Position numbers and translations under genes: made by a program. Source: Candidatus Micrarchaeota archaeon (GTDB lineage Archaea; Micrarchaeota; Micrarchaeia; Micrarchaeales; CABMGC01). From it: a DNA stretch of 64,000 bases. This document shows, one piece after another, positions 46,965 to 56,565 of the stretch. The notes beneath the pieces are model-generated. The model saw only the letters and a program-made list of their open reading frames with translations. It searched no databases and was not told where the DNA came from. Where the stretch lies: positions 32,156 to 96,155 of the forward strand of contig JAJZZD010000002.1 of assembly GCA_021797745.1 (NCBI GenBank), given 5' to 3'. Position 1 is the stretch's first letter, and every line of letters begins with the position of its first letter.

Positions 46965-49949
46965 TTACTTGCATCCCTGTGATTTTATCCACCCGCAGCT
47001 CGAAGCCATTGAGCAGATGTTGCCGCCTAGGTCTGTGTTTGTAGAGTTTATCGCGAGGTTCGAAGGGCACAGTATGCTGCTGTTGGAAACGCCAGTTATG
47101 ATGTTGTTCTGGAAGTTGTTCTGCGATGCGTTCACCAGAATTCCGACGTTTGCGTCGGTTACGTTGTTGTCAGAGTAAGTTGTGAACATGCCCGAAACTA
47201 CTTTTATGCCTATTTTTGACTGCGACACAGTATTGTTTTCCACAGACCCGTAGCTGCTGTTAAGGAGCGTTATTCCGTATGTCGAATTGCGGATTATGTT
47301 ATGGTTTATCCGCCCGCTGCTGCTTGAGTTGAAAGATATTGCTGTGCTTGAAGCATTGAATGTGTCGTTGAATATCGACACGGAAGACCCTTTCGAAACA
47401 ACAATCGGGTTCGTGAAGTTTTCTAACACGCAGTTTTCTATAGTCACATCAGATACGTTTCTGAGGTCCGCGAATTCGCCTCCGTCAGTCGCCCTTATCA
47501 CGTGACCATTGCAGTTTATTGTAGTTCCGGTAGCCGAGAAATTATGACTCGCATAAAGGTCGAAGCACGTTGTCCCATACGGGTAAAGCTCGTCGGAGAA
47601 GAAAGACAGCGAGCTCGAAGCGCTGACTCCGGCGCATCCGGGGTTCTGGCTGATTCTGGGAAGCACAACAAGCCAGTCGCACTGGTTCTTAGTAAGCCCT
47701 GAATTGACGCCATTCTTGTTGGCGTAAATTCCGCTGATTGAAGCACCGCAGAAATAATCGCCGCGGTTGTTGGAAAACGCAGAGTTGTTGCGTATCTCGT
47801 TGTTCCTCGAGTTTATGAATTCAAATCCGTAGCCGGGATTTGAAGTGGCGTTGTTGAAGCTCAAATTCGAGCCTGTGACGTTGTCTACTATGAATCCCGT
47901 TGAGTTCAGCAGGCTCTGCCTGGCGAAGCTGCCGATAATGGTACTGTTCGATATTTTTGAAAGCCTTATCCCGAAAAGCGAGGCACCTGAGACGCCAGAA
48001 AGATTCAGAGTGCTGTAAGAAAGATTGGAAAGCGCTATGCCGGAATTGCTCTGCGATACGGTGACATTGCTTATGCGTATTCTTGTCGAGTTGCTCACGT
48101 TCACGCCGGTTAAAAATTTTGAAATTGGGCAATTTTCTATGCTTACGTTCTCAATTCCGTTTGCACGGAACGCATCGCCCTTGTCTGCGCCAATGATTAT
48201 CTTTCCGGCGCAGTTGAATGTTACGTTGCTAGCTCTTATGTTGAAGCACGTAGCGCCTGCGATTATGTTGCTTGTCAGCGTGTAGTTTCCTGGTGCATTT
48301 ATCGACGAACAGCTGGTCAGCGGGTATACTGAAAGCTGAGGCACCGAATATATGCTGCAGGCACTTGCCCATTTGCATGTGGTTACGCCGCACTGCGTTT
48401 TCAGCGACTTCTGGAACTGGTCCGATGTTTCATTGTACGTGCTCTGACTGCAGTATGCATCTGCCTTTGTGTTGTTTACCAGTATGCCGTTGTTGAATAC
48501 GTCGCTGCTCCCGCTGCCGAAGTAAAAGCCGTATCGGTTACTGCTGGCGTTGAATCCGCTCATTGTCAGCCCTAACGTGGAATTCAGGAAAACGCCATAG
48601 CTGTTCCCTTTTGCGGATACGTTGGAAATAATGCCGGATATGGACTTGTAAAGGTATATGCCGTAAATCGAATTGTCGGTGCTGGTGTTGTAGATTGCGT
48701 CATTTATGGAATTGCTTTCGTAAATTCCATAAGCATTGCCGCTCAATTTGCAGTTTGAAACGCTTGCGTTGCCTGGCGAATCTACATATATAGCATAGCC
48801 TGCGTTTGTTATGCTGTGCCCGTTGCAGTTGAGCTCAACGTTAGGAGCAGATATCTTTAGGCATATTTCCTGGCCCTGCAGCGGGTTTGAAGTGTTAACA
48901 TAATCCGATAGGTTTATGTCATTTGAAAGCGTGTATGTGCCTGGCGAAACTATGGCACCGCACGTGCTTATGCTTTTCCCTAGCACGTTGTCGGTGAAAT
49001 TGACTGGCTTGTTTACGAGCACGCAGTTGGTGAAGCCGCAATAGTAGTTGACCGCGCAGAGAGAGTCAGAGAATATGTTCGAGTTTTTCAGGCCCGCGGG
49101 ATAGCTGCATTCTATATCCACAGGCTTGTTGTTCTCGAAATTGCTTCTTGAGAACGTATTGTTGGTAGAATTGACTACCAGTCCGTAGTAGTTGTTAGTG
49201 TCGGTGTCGTTGATAAAATTGTTCCTGCCACCTGATTGCAGCGAGATTGCGCCCTCCTGGCCAAGCGCACCTGATATTTTGCTGTTAATCACAGTACTAT
49301 TGGTGGTATTATACAGATATATCCCGGAAATCGACGCGTTAAGCGAATCCACACCCTGCAGTTTTGATTTTCTGACGTTCTGCAGGTACACGTTATAGGA
49401 AAAATCAGTCAGGAACAAAGATTTAACTGTAACGTTAGAAACGCCGCTTAGTTCTATTCCATAGGAATACGGACCCGATGAAGACAGCGGCGCATTGCCC
49501 GTAACCTTTTTACCGTTGCCTACGAGAAGCACGTTGTTCGCTTTGACCAGAAGGCACGGACCTGTAGCCGAGCTTGTGTTTATGTCAGATGCCACGCTGT
49601 AGGTGCCGGATCTGTTTATTATTCCGCAGCCGGTTATGTTCTGCGCCGAAAATTGCGATATTGTTGTTGATACAGTTGTGCTATTCTGGCCTTTTGGAAA
49701 CTTCAGAATGCCGCCGACATAAAGGCCGGCGATTGCTATCACTATAACCACTGCAGCTGCGATTATGACCCTGAGATTTATGCGCATGCCGTGTTCGGGC
49801 AAAGGTGCAGGTGCGGGTAATGGCTCCATTCCCTGCGCTCCCTGAGGCATAGCGTTGGAAATGCTGCTTTCAGTGCTTTCGTTATTTTCGCTGCTTTCGT
49901 TGCTTTCGGGAACGGCACCGCCTTCTGGCGTTGAATTGTCACTTGGCAT
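46965..49949 (-). CDS. Large membrane-anchored surface protein with NosD-like parallel beta-helix repeats
   Basis: Acidic N-terminal tail, one TM, repeated I..C..I..[SP]G.Y.L..[DN]I / C..I.A.NV..NC modules, GI.L..S.N repeats, many sequons. Confidence 0.85.
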   Translation of the reverse strand: MPSDNSTPEGGAVPESNESSENNESTESSISNAMPQGAQGMEPLPAPAPLPEHGMRINLRVIIAAAVVIVIAIAGLYVGGILKFPKGQNSTTVSTTISQFSAQNITGCGIINRSGTYSVASDINTSSATGPCLLVKANNVLLVGNGKKVTGNAPLSSSGPYSYGIELSGVSNVTVKSLFLTDFSYNVYLQNVRKSKLQGVDSLNASISGIYLYNTTNSTVINSKISGALGQEGAISLQSGGRNNFINDTDTNNYYGLVVNSTNNTFSRSNFENNKPVDIECSYPAGLKNSNIFSDSLCAVNYYCGFTNCVLVNKPVNFTDNVLGKSISTCGAIVSPGTYTLSNDINLSDYVNTSNPLQGQEICLKISAPNVELNCNGHSITNAGYAIYVDSPGNASVSNCKLSGNAYGIYESNSINDAIYNTSTDNSIYGIYLYKSISGIISNVSAKGNSYGVFLNSTLGLTMSGFNASSNRYGFYFGSGSSDVFNNGILVNNTKADAYCSQSTYNETSDQFQKSLKTQCGVTTCKWASACSIYSVPQLSVYPLTSCSSINAPGNYTLTSNIIAGATCFNIRASNVTFNCAGKIIIGADKGDAFRANGIENVSIENCPISKFLTGVNVSNSTRIRISNVTVSQSNSGIALSNLSYSTLNLSGVSGASLFGIRLSKISNSTIIGSFARQSLLNSTGFIVDNVTGSNLSFNNATSNPGYGFEFINSRNNEIRNNSAFSNNRGDYFCGASISGIYANKNGVNSGLTKNQCDWLVVLPRISQNPGCAGVSASSSLSFFSDELYPYGTTCFDLYASHNFSATGTTINCNGHVIRATDGGEFADLRNVSDVTIENCVLENFTNPIVVSKGSSVSIFNDTFNASSTAISFNSSSSGRINHNIIRNSTYGITLLNSSYGSVENNTVSQSKIGIKVVSGMFTTYSDNNVTDANVGILVNASQNNFQNNIITGVSNSSILCPSNLAINSTNTDLGGNICSMASSCGWIKSQGCK

Positions 49950-50008
49950 TAGAAATACCTAAAACTTATTTAACTTCCCAGCATATAAATTTATAGCTGT
50001 CGGAAAAT

Positions 50009-50122
50009 GCCCCGGTAGCTCAGTGGTAGAGCGCCTGTCTCGTAAGAAGCTTTTGAAAAAAGCTTCAGCAAAACTGCGAACGTGAAAACAGGAGGTCGAG
50101 GGTTCAATTCCCTCTCGGGGCT
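50009..50122 (+). tRNA. tRNA-Thr(CGU) with 42-nt intron at canonical 37/38 position (50045-50086)
   Basis: GCCCCGG/TCGGGGC acceptor, TAGCTCAGTGGTAGAGC D arm, CCTGT-CTCGTA|A-ACAGG anticodon arm after splicing, GGTTCAATTCC T arm. Confidence 0.9.
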
Positions 50123-50307
50123 TGAAGTCAATGGGGTTGTATATAGAAGCCCCAAATGTTACCTTTCTCTAACATAGTTTTAGTATGCAAACAACTCAAG
50201 TGTGTTCTCCAACGTGTTAATATCTTGATTTATAGTTTCTTAGTATAATGCAACGTATAATGCAACGAACGGCAGAGGCTTCTACAAACCAAAAAGCCAA
50301 AAACCAG

Positions 50308-50485
50308 GAATATGGCAGGAGATGGGCCATAGCAAGGATCTTCTCAAACTCAAGGAAATGTTCACCTTGCAAAAAATAGGTTCATTGGCATAAAGAAGGT
50401 AACAATATTTGTGTTATTATGCCTTATCGCCTGTCTAATGAAGTATGTGTTGTGACCTGCGGTTTGTACTCACTTACGAGGTGAG
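50308..50485 (+). pseudogene. Decayed 3' end of a transposase related to 30172-31032
   Basis: tatggcaggagatgggccatagcaaggatcttctca...aagtatgtgttgtga...acgaggtga parallels 30885-31056. Confidence 0.75.
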
Positions 50486-50539
50486 AAAATCTGCATTGAA
50501 ACGAAATAAGGAAACAAAATCTGGCTTTTAAGCCAAAAA

Positions 50540-50824
50540 TCACTCCCTTTTTAGTCCTTCGAGTTCACTAGCAGTAATAGCGGCCTGAAGCCACAGAAAC
50601 GAAATAAATGTAACTGCCTTTTCGTTTGCTTCTTTGATAGGGTACTCTGAATACCACTCGTTTAACAAGCTTTTATAGTTTCCCCTAATTTTCTCTCTAT
50701 CTGTTGGATCAGGAATGACTTTAATAAAGTTTCTTGAATCTACGAAGTCATCTATTTCATTGGTCGCACGCTTCAGAGAAGTTACTCTTTGCGCTAATGG
50801 AGTTACATTTTCTTTTGTTTTCAT
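50540..50824 (-). CDS. Hypothetical protein (island)
   Basis: 94-aa ORF, AT-rich. Confidence 0.5.
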   Translation of the reverse strand: MKTKENVTPLAQRVTSLKRATNEIDDFVDSRNFIKVIPDPTDREKIRGNYKSLLNEWYSEYPIKEANEKAVTFISFLWLQAAITASELEGLKRE

Positions 50825-50937
50825 TTTATCATCTATTTATTTTTGGATTTTCCTGTATTTAAATATTTCTATTAAAAAGACTTTGTAGTTCAATTATCAA
50901 TAAAACTACAGATTAGGGAATAAAACTACAGAAAGTA

Positions 50938-51156
50938 TTAGCGTTTTCTATATTTTACCTTCTTTTTAGGAGGCCTTGGGTAAAGAACATAGAGGTGATT
51001 GCCAACATGAAATATCAGAAATCCAATCGCATATTGTGTCAGATAAGTAGGTATGCTATTGAAGAATAATAAAACCAATATTACAATACTTATTATGGCA
51101 GAAACAAATATCGCTGCTGGTTCTGTTTCTTTGCCTACGGAGAAAAAGTCAACCAT
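50938..51156 (-). CDS. Small two-TM protein (island)
   Basis: Two hydrophobic stretches and a basic tail; a short zinc-ribbon coding stretch (CNNCG...CSNCG) ends immediately upstream. Confidence 0.55.
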   Translation of the reverse strand: MVDFFSVGKETEPAAIFVSAIISIVILVLLFFNSIPTYLTQYAIGFLIFHVGNHLYVLYPRPPKKKVKYRKR

Positions 51157-51243
51157 CTAATCAAGCCCAAATCCGCAATTAGAGCAAACCTTATTCTCCT
51201 TTGGGTTCTCGAAACCACAATTATTACATCTCTTATTACTCAA

Positions 51244-51630
51244 TATGGCAGCTTTGCAATAGTAGACTACAAGACAGTTAAATATACTGGAAATCAAGAT
51301 CAGCTTATGCCAATATACCAGATACAGCTCAATGGCTATGCTTACATAGCAGAAGCAATAGGGCTTAAGCCTGTAAAAGACCTTTATCTAGTCTATTTTG
51401 AGCCTCCTTACAAGGAGACTTATGAAGCAATAACTGATGGCCATACTAATGTAGATGGATTTAATATGCCGTTTAAGCCAGTTATACATAAGATAAAGAG
51501 AGAGCCTAAAGAAATTGATAAATTACTCGAGAAGGCAAGCAAGACATACTAGTTAAGCAAGCCACCTAAAGGGCTTGATGGATGCAAAGACTGCCTTAGA
51601 CTTGACGCCCTAGTGAATATGATTAATTGA
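51244..51630 (+). pseudogene. PD-(D/E)xK nuclease (RecB/Cas4-like) C-terminal remnant
   Basis: In-frame AIVDYKT...QIQLNGYA; internal TAG at 51550 followed by PPKGLDGCKDC; 5' part missing. Confidence 0.7.
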
Positions 51631-51637
51631 TGATATA

Positions 51638-52040
51638 ATGGATGCCCACGCTACACCATTTTTAAGTATTTTTGAAAAAAAAACTTCGCCTTGAGGTCTC
51701 ACTCTTTCAACGCCAATATGTATGGAACCTTGAGCAACAATGGAAACCACTGTGAGAAGATATATCTCTAAAGTTTACTGAGGCCTTAGATAAAAGAAAG
51801 GATGCGCCACCACATTTCTTAGGAGCCATTGTACTAGACCAAAAAAATGACTCCAACTACATATGTTGAAAAACGTCAGGTAATAGATGGTCAACAACGT
51901 ATTATAACTTTTCAAATTTTCTTGTCTGCATTACGTGATTTTTGTAAAATACAAGGCTTCGAAGGTCTATCCTTGGAGGTAGACTCATTTATTTTAAATA
52001 AAGGTATTATGGCTGATCGGTCAGTTGAACAATTTAAATT
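51638..52040 (+). pseudogene. DUF262 (GmrS/SspE-like) N-terminal remnant
   Basis: FQRQYVW, HFLGAIV and VIDGQQR motifs spread over frames; two A-run frameshifts and one in-frame TGA. Confidence 0.8.
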
Positions 52041-52165
52041 ACCCACGCCTAAAGGCGCGGGATTTTCATCAAGTTAACAATCTCTTCTGTTTGTAAGTAA
52101 GACACATTTACAAAAACTGCGGTTTTTTCATCCTCATGCGTAAACGCAAGGGATTTCAAAGCCCC
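52037..52165. mobile_element. IS200/IS605-type miniature element (two hairpin ends, no gene)
   Basis: CCCACGCC-TAAA-GGCGCGGG and TTCATCCTCATGCGT-AA-ACGCAAGGGA hairpins; truncates the DUF262 remnant. Confidence 0.55.
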
Positions 52166-52260
52166 TAAAAAACATTAAAGAAAAGGATCCACTATTATAT
52201 GAATTTATACAAGACTTAATGGAGGAGGTGGAGGAATAAAGACCATCAAATCAGTTTAAT

Positions 52261-52494
52261 TTATATTTTTTTCAATTTGCGATTAATGTACCACAGGATT
52301 AAGGCTACAGCAATCAATCCTGAAATTGTTGCTTCCCAATAAACTTTAGTCCATTCATAAACAAATATAGCTACTGTAAAAGCGATGACATAAATAGACA
52401 ATACAAAATTTATGTATGTCTGCTTTTTAAGTTCCTGCAGTATATCACGAAGTTCTACTTCTTTTTCTCCATTTATTTTATTCATATATATCAT
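52261..52494 (-). CDS. Small two-TM protein (island operon)
   Basis: Hydrophobic helices; overlaps the upstream stop. Confidence 0.6.
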   Translation of the reverse strand: MIYMNKINGEKEVELRDILQELKKQTYINFVLSIYVIAFTVAIFVYEWTKVYWEATISGLIAVALILWYINRKLKKI

Positions 52495-52733
52495 CTATTT
52501 CTATTAGCAAGCCATCTAGCACCCTTGGGATACGTCAAAATAAGTCCTATGGCGATCAATACTGCACCTATAATTATACCTACTAAATCCCAAAATATGC
52601 CAGAGAATAAGAAGGTAAAGTTAGAGGTGCTTATCGTTTTATGATAGCTAGTTATGTAGGCATTATACGATAAAGCGAGGATAACTATCGCTATGATGAT
52701 GAGAACAAGGCCTACACGCCGTTTGCTGTCCAT
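52491..52733 (-). CDS. Small two-TM protein (island operon)
   Basis: Two hydrophobic helices; GTGA SD-like element. Confidence 0.6.
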   Translation of the reverse strand: MDSKRRVGLVLIIIAIVILALSYNAYITSYHKTISTSNFTFLFSGIFWDLVGIIIGAVLIAIGLILTYPKGARWLANRNR

Positions 52734-52765
52734 CTATTCACTTTTACTTTTTGATTTTTAGCCAC

Positions 52766-53689
52766 CTAAAAATGAACCTCTGTTCGAGAGGGCATAAGCG
52801 TTTTGGCGTAATACTTTCTTTCTTCTTCTGTTTTGGGGTTTAAGCAGTTAAGTGAAATTACGTTACCAATGTAATACTCTTTTTTATTCGAATCATAAGA
52901 GTGAACTTCACCACAAATCTCGCACTTTACCTTTATCTTTATAGATTCGGGTATTTCATACAATGTATTCAAAGCCTCTGTTATTCTTATTAAAGCATAC
53001 TTGGCATCTTCATCTTTTATAATATCTATACGGTGTATTAAATTTCTTAGAGAGCGAAGATACTGCAGTACTTCTTTTTTGTCGGGATAATACACTCTTG
53101 CTGCTTCAATCAAGTTGGACAGATTTATATCGTTTAATGGATCTTGATTTATGTGTTTTTTAATTTGAGCTAATTTGATATTAATATTATTAATAAACTG
53201 GCTTTCTTTTGGTGATAGGGTAGTTTGTTGCTTTAACAACGTATACAGTTCTTTTATTCCTGCTTCTAAACATTTTACTAAGGCAGGGAGTGATGCGTTT
53301 GGTAACCCATAAAGATAGCTATATACACCCTCATAATATATATTTCTAAAATTATCATTTACGGTAAAAAAGGCATATGGCATTATAACAGTGTCATTTT
53401 TAATATTAGAAACTCTACTAGTCAGGTTAGGACTAGTCGAAGGGCTGCCACCATATAAGTAACTATATTCATCTATAGTTGTAGATAAATATACAATAGG
53501 TACAGTTACAATTATGGCTACCACAATCAAAGATACTAAAATAGCTATACTGTATTCACCAAGCTTTAAGTACCCAAACGAAATGAAGAGATACAAAATA
53601 AGTAGAAGAATAATAATACCTAAAGGTATTGGTATTAATGAATTTCTTTTTGCCTTCAATGCTATTAAATCATGTCTGTCCATAAACAT
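52766..53689 (-). CDS. 2TM + HEPN/DUF4145-like domain + Zn-ribbon protein
   Basis: Two N-terminal TMs, YE...Y..G...AS.....KCLE..IK, LSNLIE.A, RSLRNLIH, C-terminal CEICG...C. Confidence 0.55.
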   Translation of the reverse strand: MFMDRHDLIALKAKRNSLIPIPLGIIILLLILYLFISFGYLKLGEYSIAILVSLIVVAIIVTVPIVYLSTTIDEYSYLYGGSPSTSPNLTSRVSNIKNDTVIMPYAFFTVNDNFRNIYYEGVYSYLYGLPNASLPALVKCLEAGIKELYTLLKQQTTLSPKESQFINNINIKLAQIKKHINQDPLNDINLSNLIEAARVYYPDKKEVLQYLRSLRNLIHRIDIIKDEDAKYALIRITEALNTLYEIPESIKIKVKCEICGEVHSYDSNKKEYYIGNVISLNCLNPKTEEERKYYAKTLMPSRTEVHF

Positions 53690-53699
53690 TCTGTAGCCT

Positions 53700-54869
53700 T
53701 TAATGTTCCATATCTACAAAAGCTTTTCTTTGATACTTAGCGTGTTGACCTTTTACCCTTTCTAAAATACTTTTTCTTTCTTCCAGTTTTCCCTTATATT
53801 GCATCAAATCGAGTTTTGTCGCTTCCTTTTCGTATTCTGTCTTTAATGCATGCCATAATTTACTTTTGTTATATGACGAATTGTTCACCTTTTCTTCAGC
53901 TTCTTTTATAAGTTCTTCGAAGACCTCCAAGTTTTTCTGTGCTTTATCTGTTAACTTTTCAAATGTGCTTACTATGAGATTACGCTCGCTAATTGCTTTA
54001 TCTAGCTCTTTCTGAGCATCAATCAGTTCTTTGCGTTTTTCCTCAACAGCCTGTGCAGCTTTGTCGATTACCTTTTGTGATTGTAGCTCGGGATATTGTT
54101 TTATGAAGTCAGTCATGCTGTTAAAATTCATTTCATCTACATCAGAATATTTAATCTTAGGTGCATTCTTTTGTACTCTAATTTGCCTACTTTTCTGTGT
54201 AGTCTTCCACATCTCCCATTCATGTTGTTTAGTTTTCTCCAAGATATTTCCTAGACTAGTTAATGACTCTCTCCATTCTTTTTCGATAATAGTCAATGTC
54301 TTTTTAAGACCAGGAATTGAGGTATCAAGTTTATCAAATTCAACGTTTTGTTCGTTAATTTTCTCTATAGTGCTATCAAATTCCTTCCATATCTCATTAA
54401 GCTTGTCTTCATACTTTTTCTTCTGATATATTGCGCCAGTACGCCCAGTAAGTCTTCCAAATAACCCAACTTTTTCTTTCGGCACTCTAAAAATTACCGA
54501 CTTTTCTTCCGGAGTACCTTCACGATCCTCTAATCCATACTCACTTTTTTCACCGTGTTTTTCTTCGGCCATATGCTCATCGTTTTTAGCGTCAATTATC
54601 AAATGATAATATGCCGTATGCCCAGATATAGTTTTACTAAATTCGCATATAGAATGTGGCACAAATCTTTGTACTTTTTGACCATTCTGCATATACCATA
54701 TCTTTACTTTATCCCCTAAAATGTCAAACCCACCATAGTGTTCTTCTAATGAATCTTTGTCTTGCTCTTTTCTAAAATAAATTATTACATATGCTTTACT
54801 ATGATGCCTGTTCCAACCATTATATTCGGTATATTCTTTTGGTCTCCAATATCTCAAGTCTTCTCCCAT
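53700..54869 (-). CDS. Coiled-coil protein with LemA-like segment
   Basis: K/E-rich heptads; QYPELQS...AVEE...IDAQKELD.AIS.RN resembles LemA ENYPDLKA...YN. Confidence 0.6.
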   Translation of the reverse strand: MGEDLRYWRPKEYTEYNGWNRHHSKAYVIIYFRKEQDKDSLEEHYGGFDILGDKVKIWYMQNGQKVQRFVPHSICEFSKTISGHTAYYHLIIDAKNDEHMAEEKHGEKSEYGLEDREGTPEEKSVIFRVPKEKVGLFGRLTGRTGAIYQKKKYEDKLNEIWKEFDSTIEKINEQNVEFDKLDTSIPGLKKTLTIIEKEWRESLTSLGNILEKTKQHEWEMWKTTQKSRQIRVQKNAPKIKYSDVDEMNFNSMTDFIKQYPELQSQKVIDKAAQAVEEKRKELIDAQKELDKAISERNLIVSTFEKLTDKAQKNLEVFEELIKEAEEKVNNSSYNKSKLWHALKTEYEKEATKLDLMQYKGKLEERKSILERVKGQHAKYQRKAFVDMEH

Positions 54870-54873
54870 AATC

Positions 54874-55041
54874 TCATTTGAAATATTCTTTTTCCGTTAT
54901 ATTCTTTGGTTTTATAACTACCTCAAAATGCTTTATCATACTTTTGATGGCTTCTTGCTTTGTTTTCAGTCTATTGGCTAGCTTGTAGACATCAACAATC
55001 CTATTTTCTTCGTCAGTTAAATCTATCTGTATCTTCACCAT
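54874..55041 (-). CDS. Small RHH-like protein (DUF2683-like), not in ORF track
   Basis: MVKIQIDLTDEENRIVDVYKLANRLKTKQEAIKSMIKHF...; TTTATATA box upstream; first gene of the operon. Confidence 0.65.
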   Translation of the reverse strand: MVKIQIDLTDEENRIVDVYKLANRLKTKQEAIKSMIKHFEVVIKPKNITEKEYFK

Positions 55042-55269
55042 TATAACACTGCAATATTCTATATATTATGAAGATATATAAATCTTGCTGTTAAATTACT
55101 AATAACGGCGGGTTCCTTATCGAGAAGAGGGCACTCTCTCGGGGCTTGAAGTCAATTGGTACGGTTATCACCTGCGGTCTATATAGCAGGACGGGCAACA
55201 AAAAAGCACGGAAAGAGTGAAGAAAGAAGCGAATAACGCCAACGAATCTGTTGTCTCCATTATGCATAT

Positions 55270-56175
55270 TCATGACTGGAACCTGCCAGCCACACCGAGT
55301 ATAAGATCAGGGAGCCTCTTGCTTACAAAGTCCTCTTGGCTTACTGGAACAGTGACTCTCACCGCAACCCCATAATTGCTGAGGTTTATGTCGGTTATGC
55401 GGATATCGATCTTGCTGCCTATCAGCCTCTCAAGCTTCTTATCAGCATGTATCTTCTTCACAACCTCGTCAGAGAATGATTTGAACTGCGTCTTCACCAA
55501 CTCAACCCTGACTAACACGTCCTTGCTGTTAGATATCGAGTAGTTCATTACTACTGCCTGGTTAATTATCGCATTAGGAACAAACGTGAACGGCCCGTCA
55601 TCAAGCTTGATCTTTGTATACATGAGCCCTATACTGTCTATGACACCTGAGAATCCCGGAAACATTGCGTGGTGGGAATACGAAGGCGGCAGCATTCCGT
55701 ACTGCCACGTCGTGAACGTTATCCTATCACCTTCAGCAAACGGCTTTGCAGCCATCATACTTATTCCAGAAAAGAGATTTCCTAGGGTGGCCTGGGCCGC
55801 CAATCCTACGACTATTCCAAGGAAACCAGCACCAATTAATAATCCAGTTAGGTTCACCTGGAACGTGACAAGTAGTATGAAAATGATTACTAGGTAGCCG
55901 AGCACTTGCACCACCTTGGCAAGAGATCTCTCGTCCATTCTCTGCTTCCCTTTTCCGTAAGCCATTATCAATGACTCCAATTCGTGTGTGGCTATATAGC
56001 CAAACAGGACAATCAGAAGCGCCTGCAGTACCATGGCATAAATTGCTGTGCCGTTTAAGAAAGACTTGTAGAACTGCGGTATTAGAAGTATTAATGCCAC
56101 TCCGACTATAACGGCAATCAGGAATGCGGCCACGTTAAGGTAAATTCTTCTCATAATGCCACCAGTCAAGGTCAT
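55270..56175 (-). CDS. mscS: Small-conductance mechanosensitive channel
   Basis: GAGFLGIVVGLAAQATLGNLFSG, KPF..GDRI, IGLMYT, VPN. Confidence 0.93.
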   Translation of the reverse strand: MTLTGGIMRRIYLNVAAFLIAVIVGVALILLIPQFYKSFLNGTAIYAMVLQALLIVLFGYIATHELESLIMAYGKGKQRMDERSLAKVVQVLGYLVIIFILLVTFQVNLTGLLIGAGFLGIVVGLAAQATLGNLFSGISMMAAKPFAEGDRITFTTWQYGMLPPSYSHHAMFPGFSGVIDSIGLMYTKIKLDDGPFTFVPNAIINQAVVMNYSISNSKDVLVRVELVKTQFKSFSDEVVKKIHADKKLERLIGSKIDIRITDINLSNYGVAVRVTVPVSQEDFVSKRLPDLILGVAGRFQS

Positions 56176-56565
56176 TCTATCGTATATGTCTAGATATTAG
56201 GATCCTTTACGCACGCCCGCATTATAAAAATCCGTCAATGCTCCCGCGGCGTACGCTTATATTTCACACGAAGGGTATAAATCATTTACGCGACCCACAC
56301 CAACCTGCTGTATTATCTGGAGCTATTTGGGCGACAGTCCTGGAAGTCAATATCAAAGCCTATCAGTATTTCATACGTCATATTCTCTGCAGTACAAAAG
56401 GCTATTGACGGGTAAATTTGTTATGCAATAACCTTGTGGGATGCGATGTTTACTAAGAATTTAATACCCAAATAACTTATGCCTATTGCATAAACACCTT
56501 TCGCGGCTTTTGAAATTCCGTTCAGGTATCACAAGGCATAAATAGTCCGGCAGGGAAACGGAATC

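Larger units (their letters stand above)
50112..55156. mobile_element. tRNA-Thr-anchored genomic island with 21-bp direct repeats
   Basis: CTCTCGGGGCTTGAAGTCAAT at 50112-50132 (tRNA 3' end) and 55136-55156; interior visibly AT-rich; no integrase seen. Confidence 0.85.

Noticed and set aside
51772-51775. Stop-codon reassignment (TGA=Trp) suggested by PL*EDI in the DUF262 remnant
   Set aside because: The same remnant has frameshifts and truncation, and many intact genes here end in TGA and use TGG for Trp; position approximate
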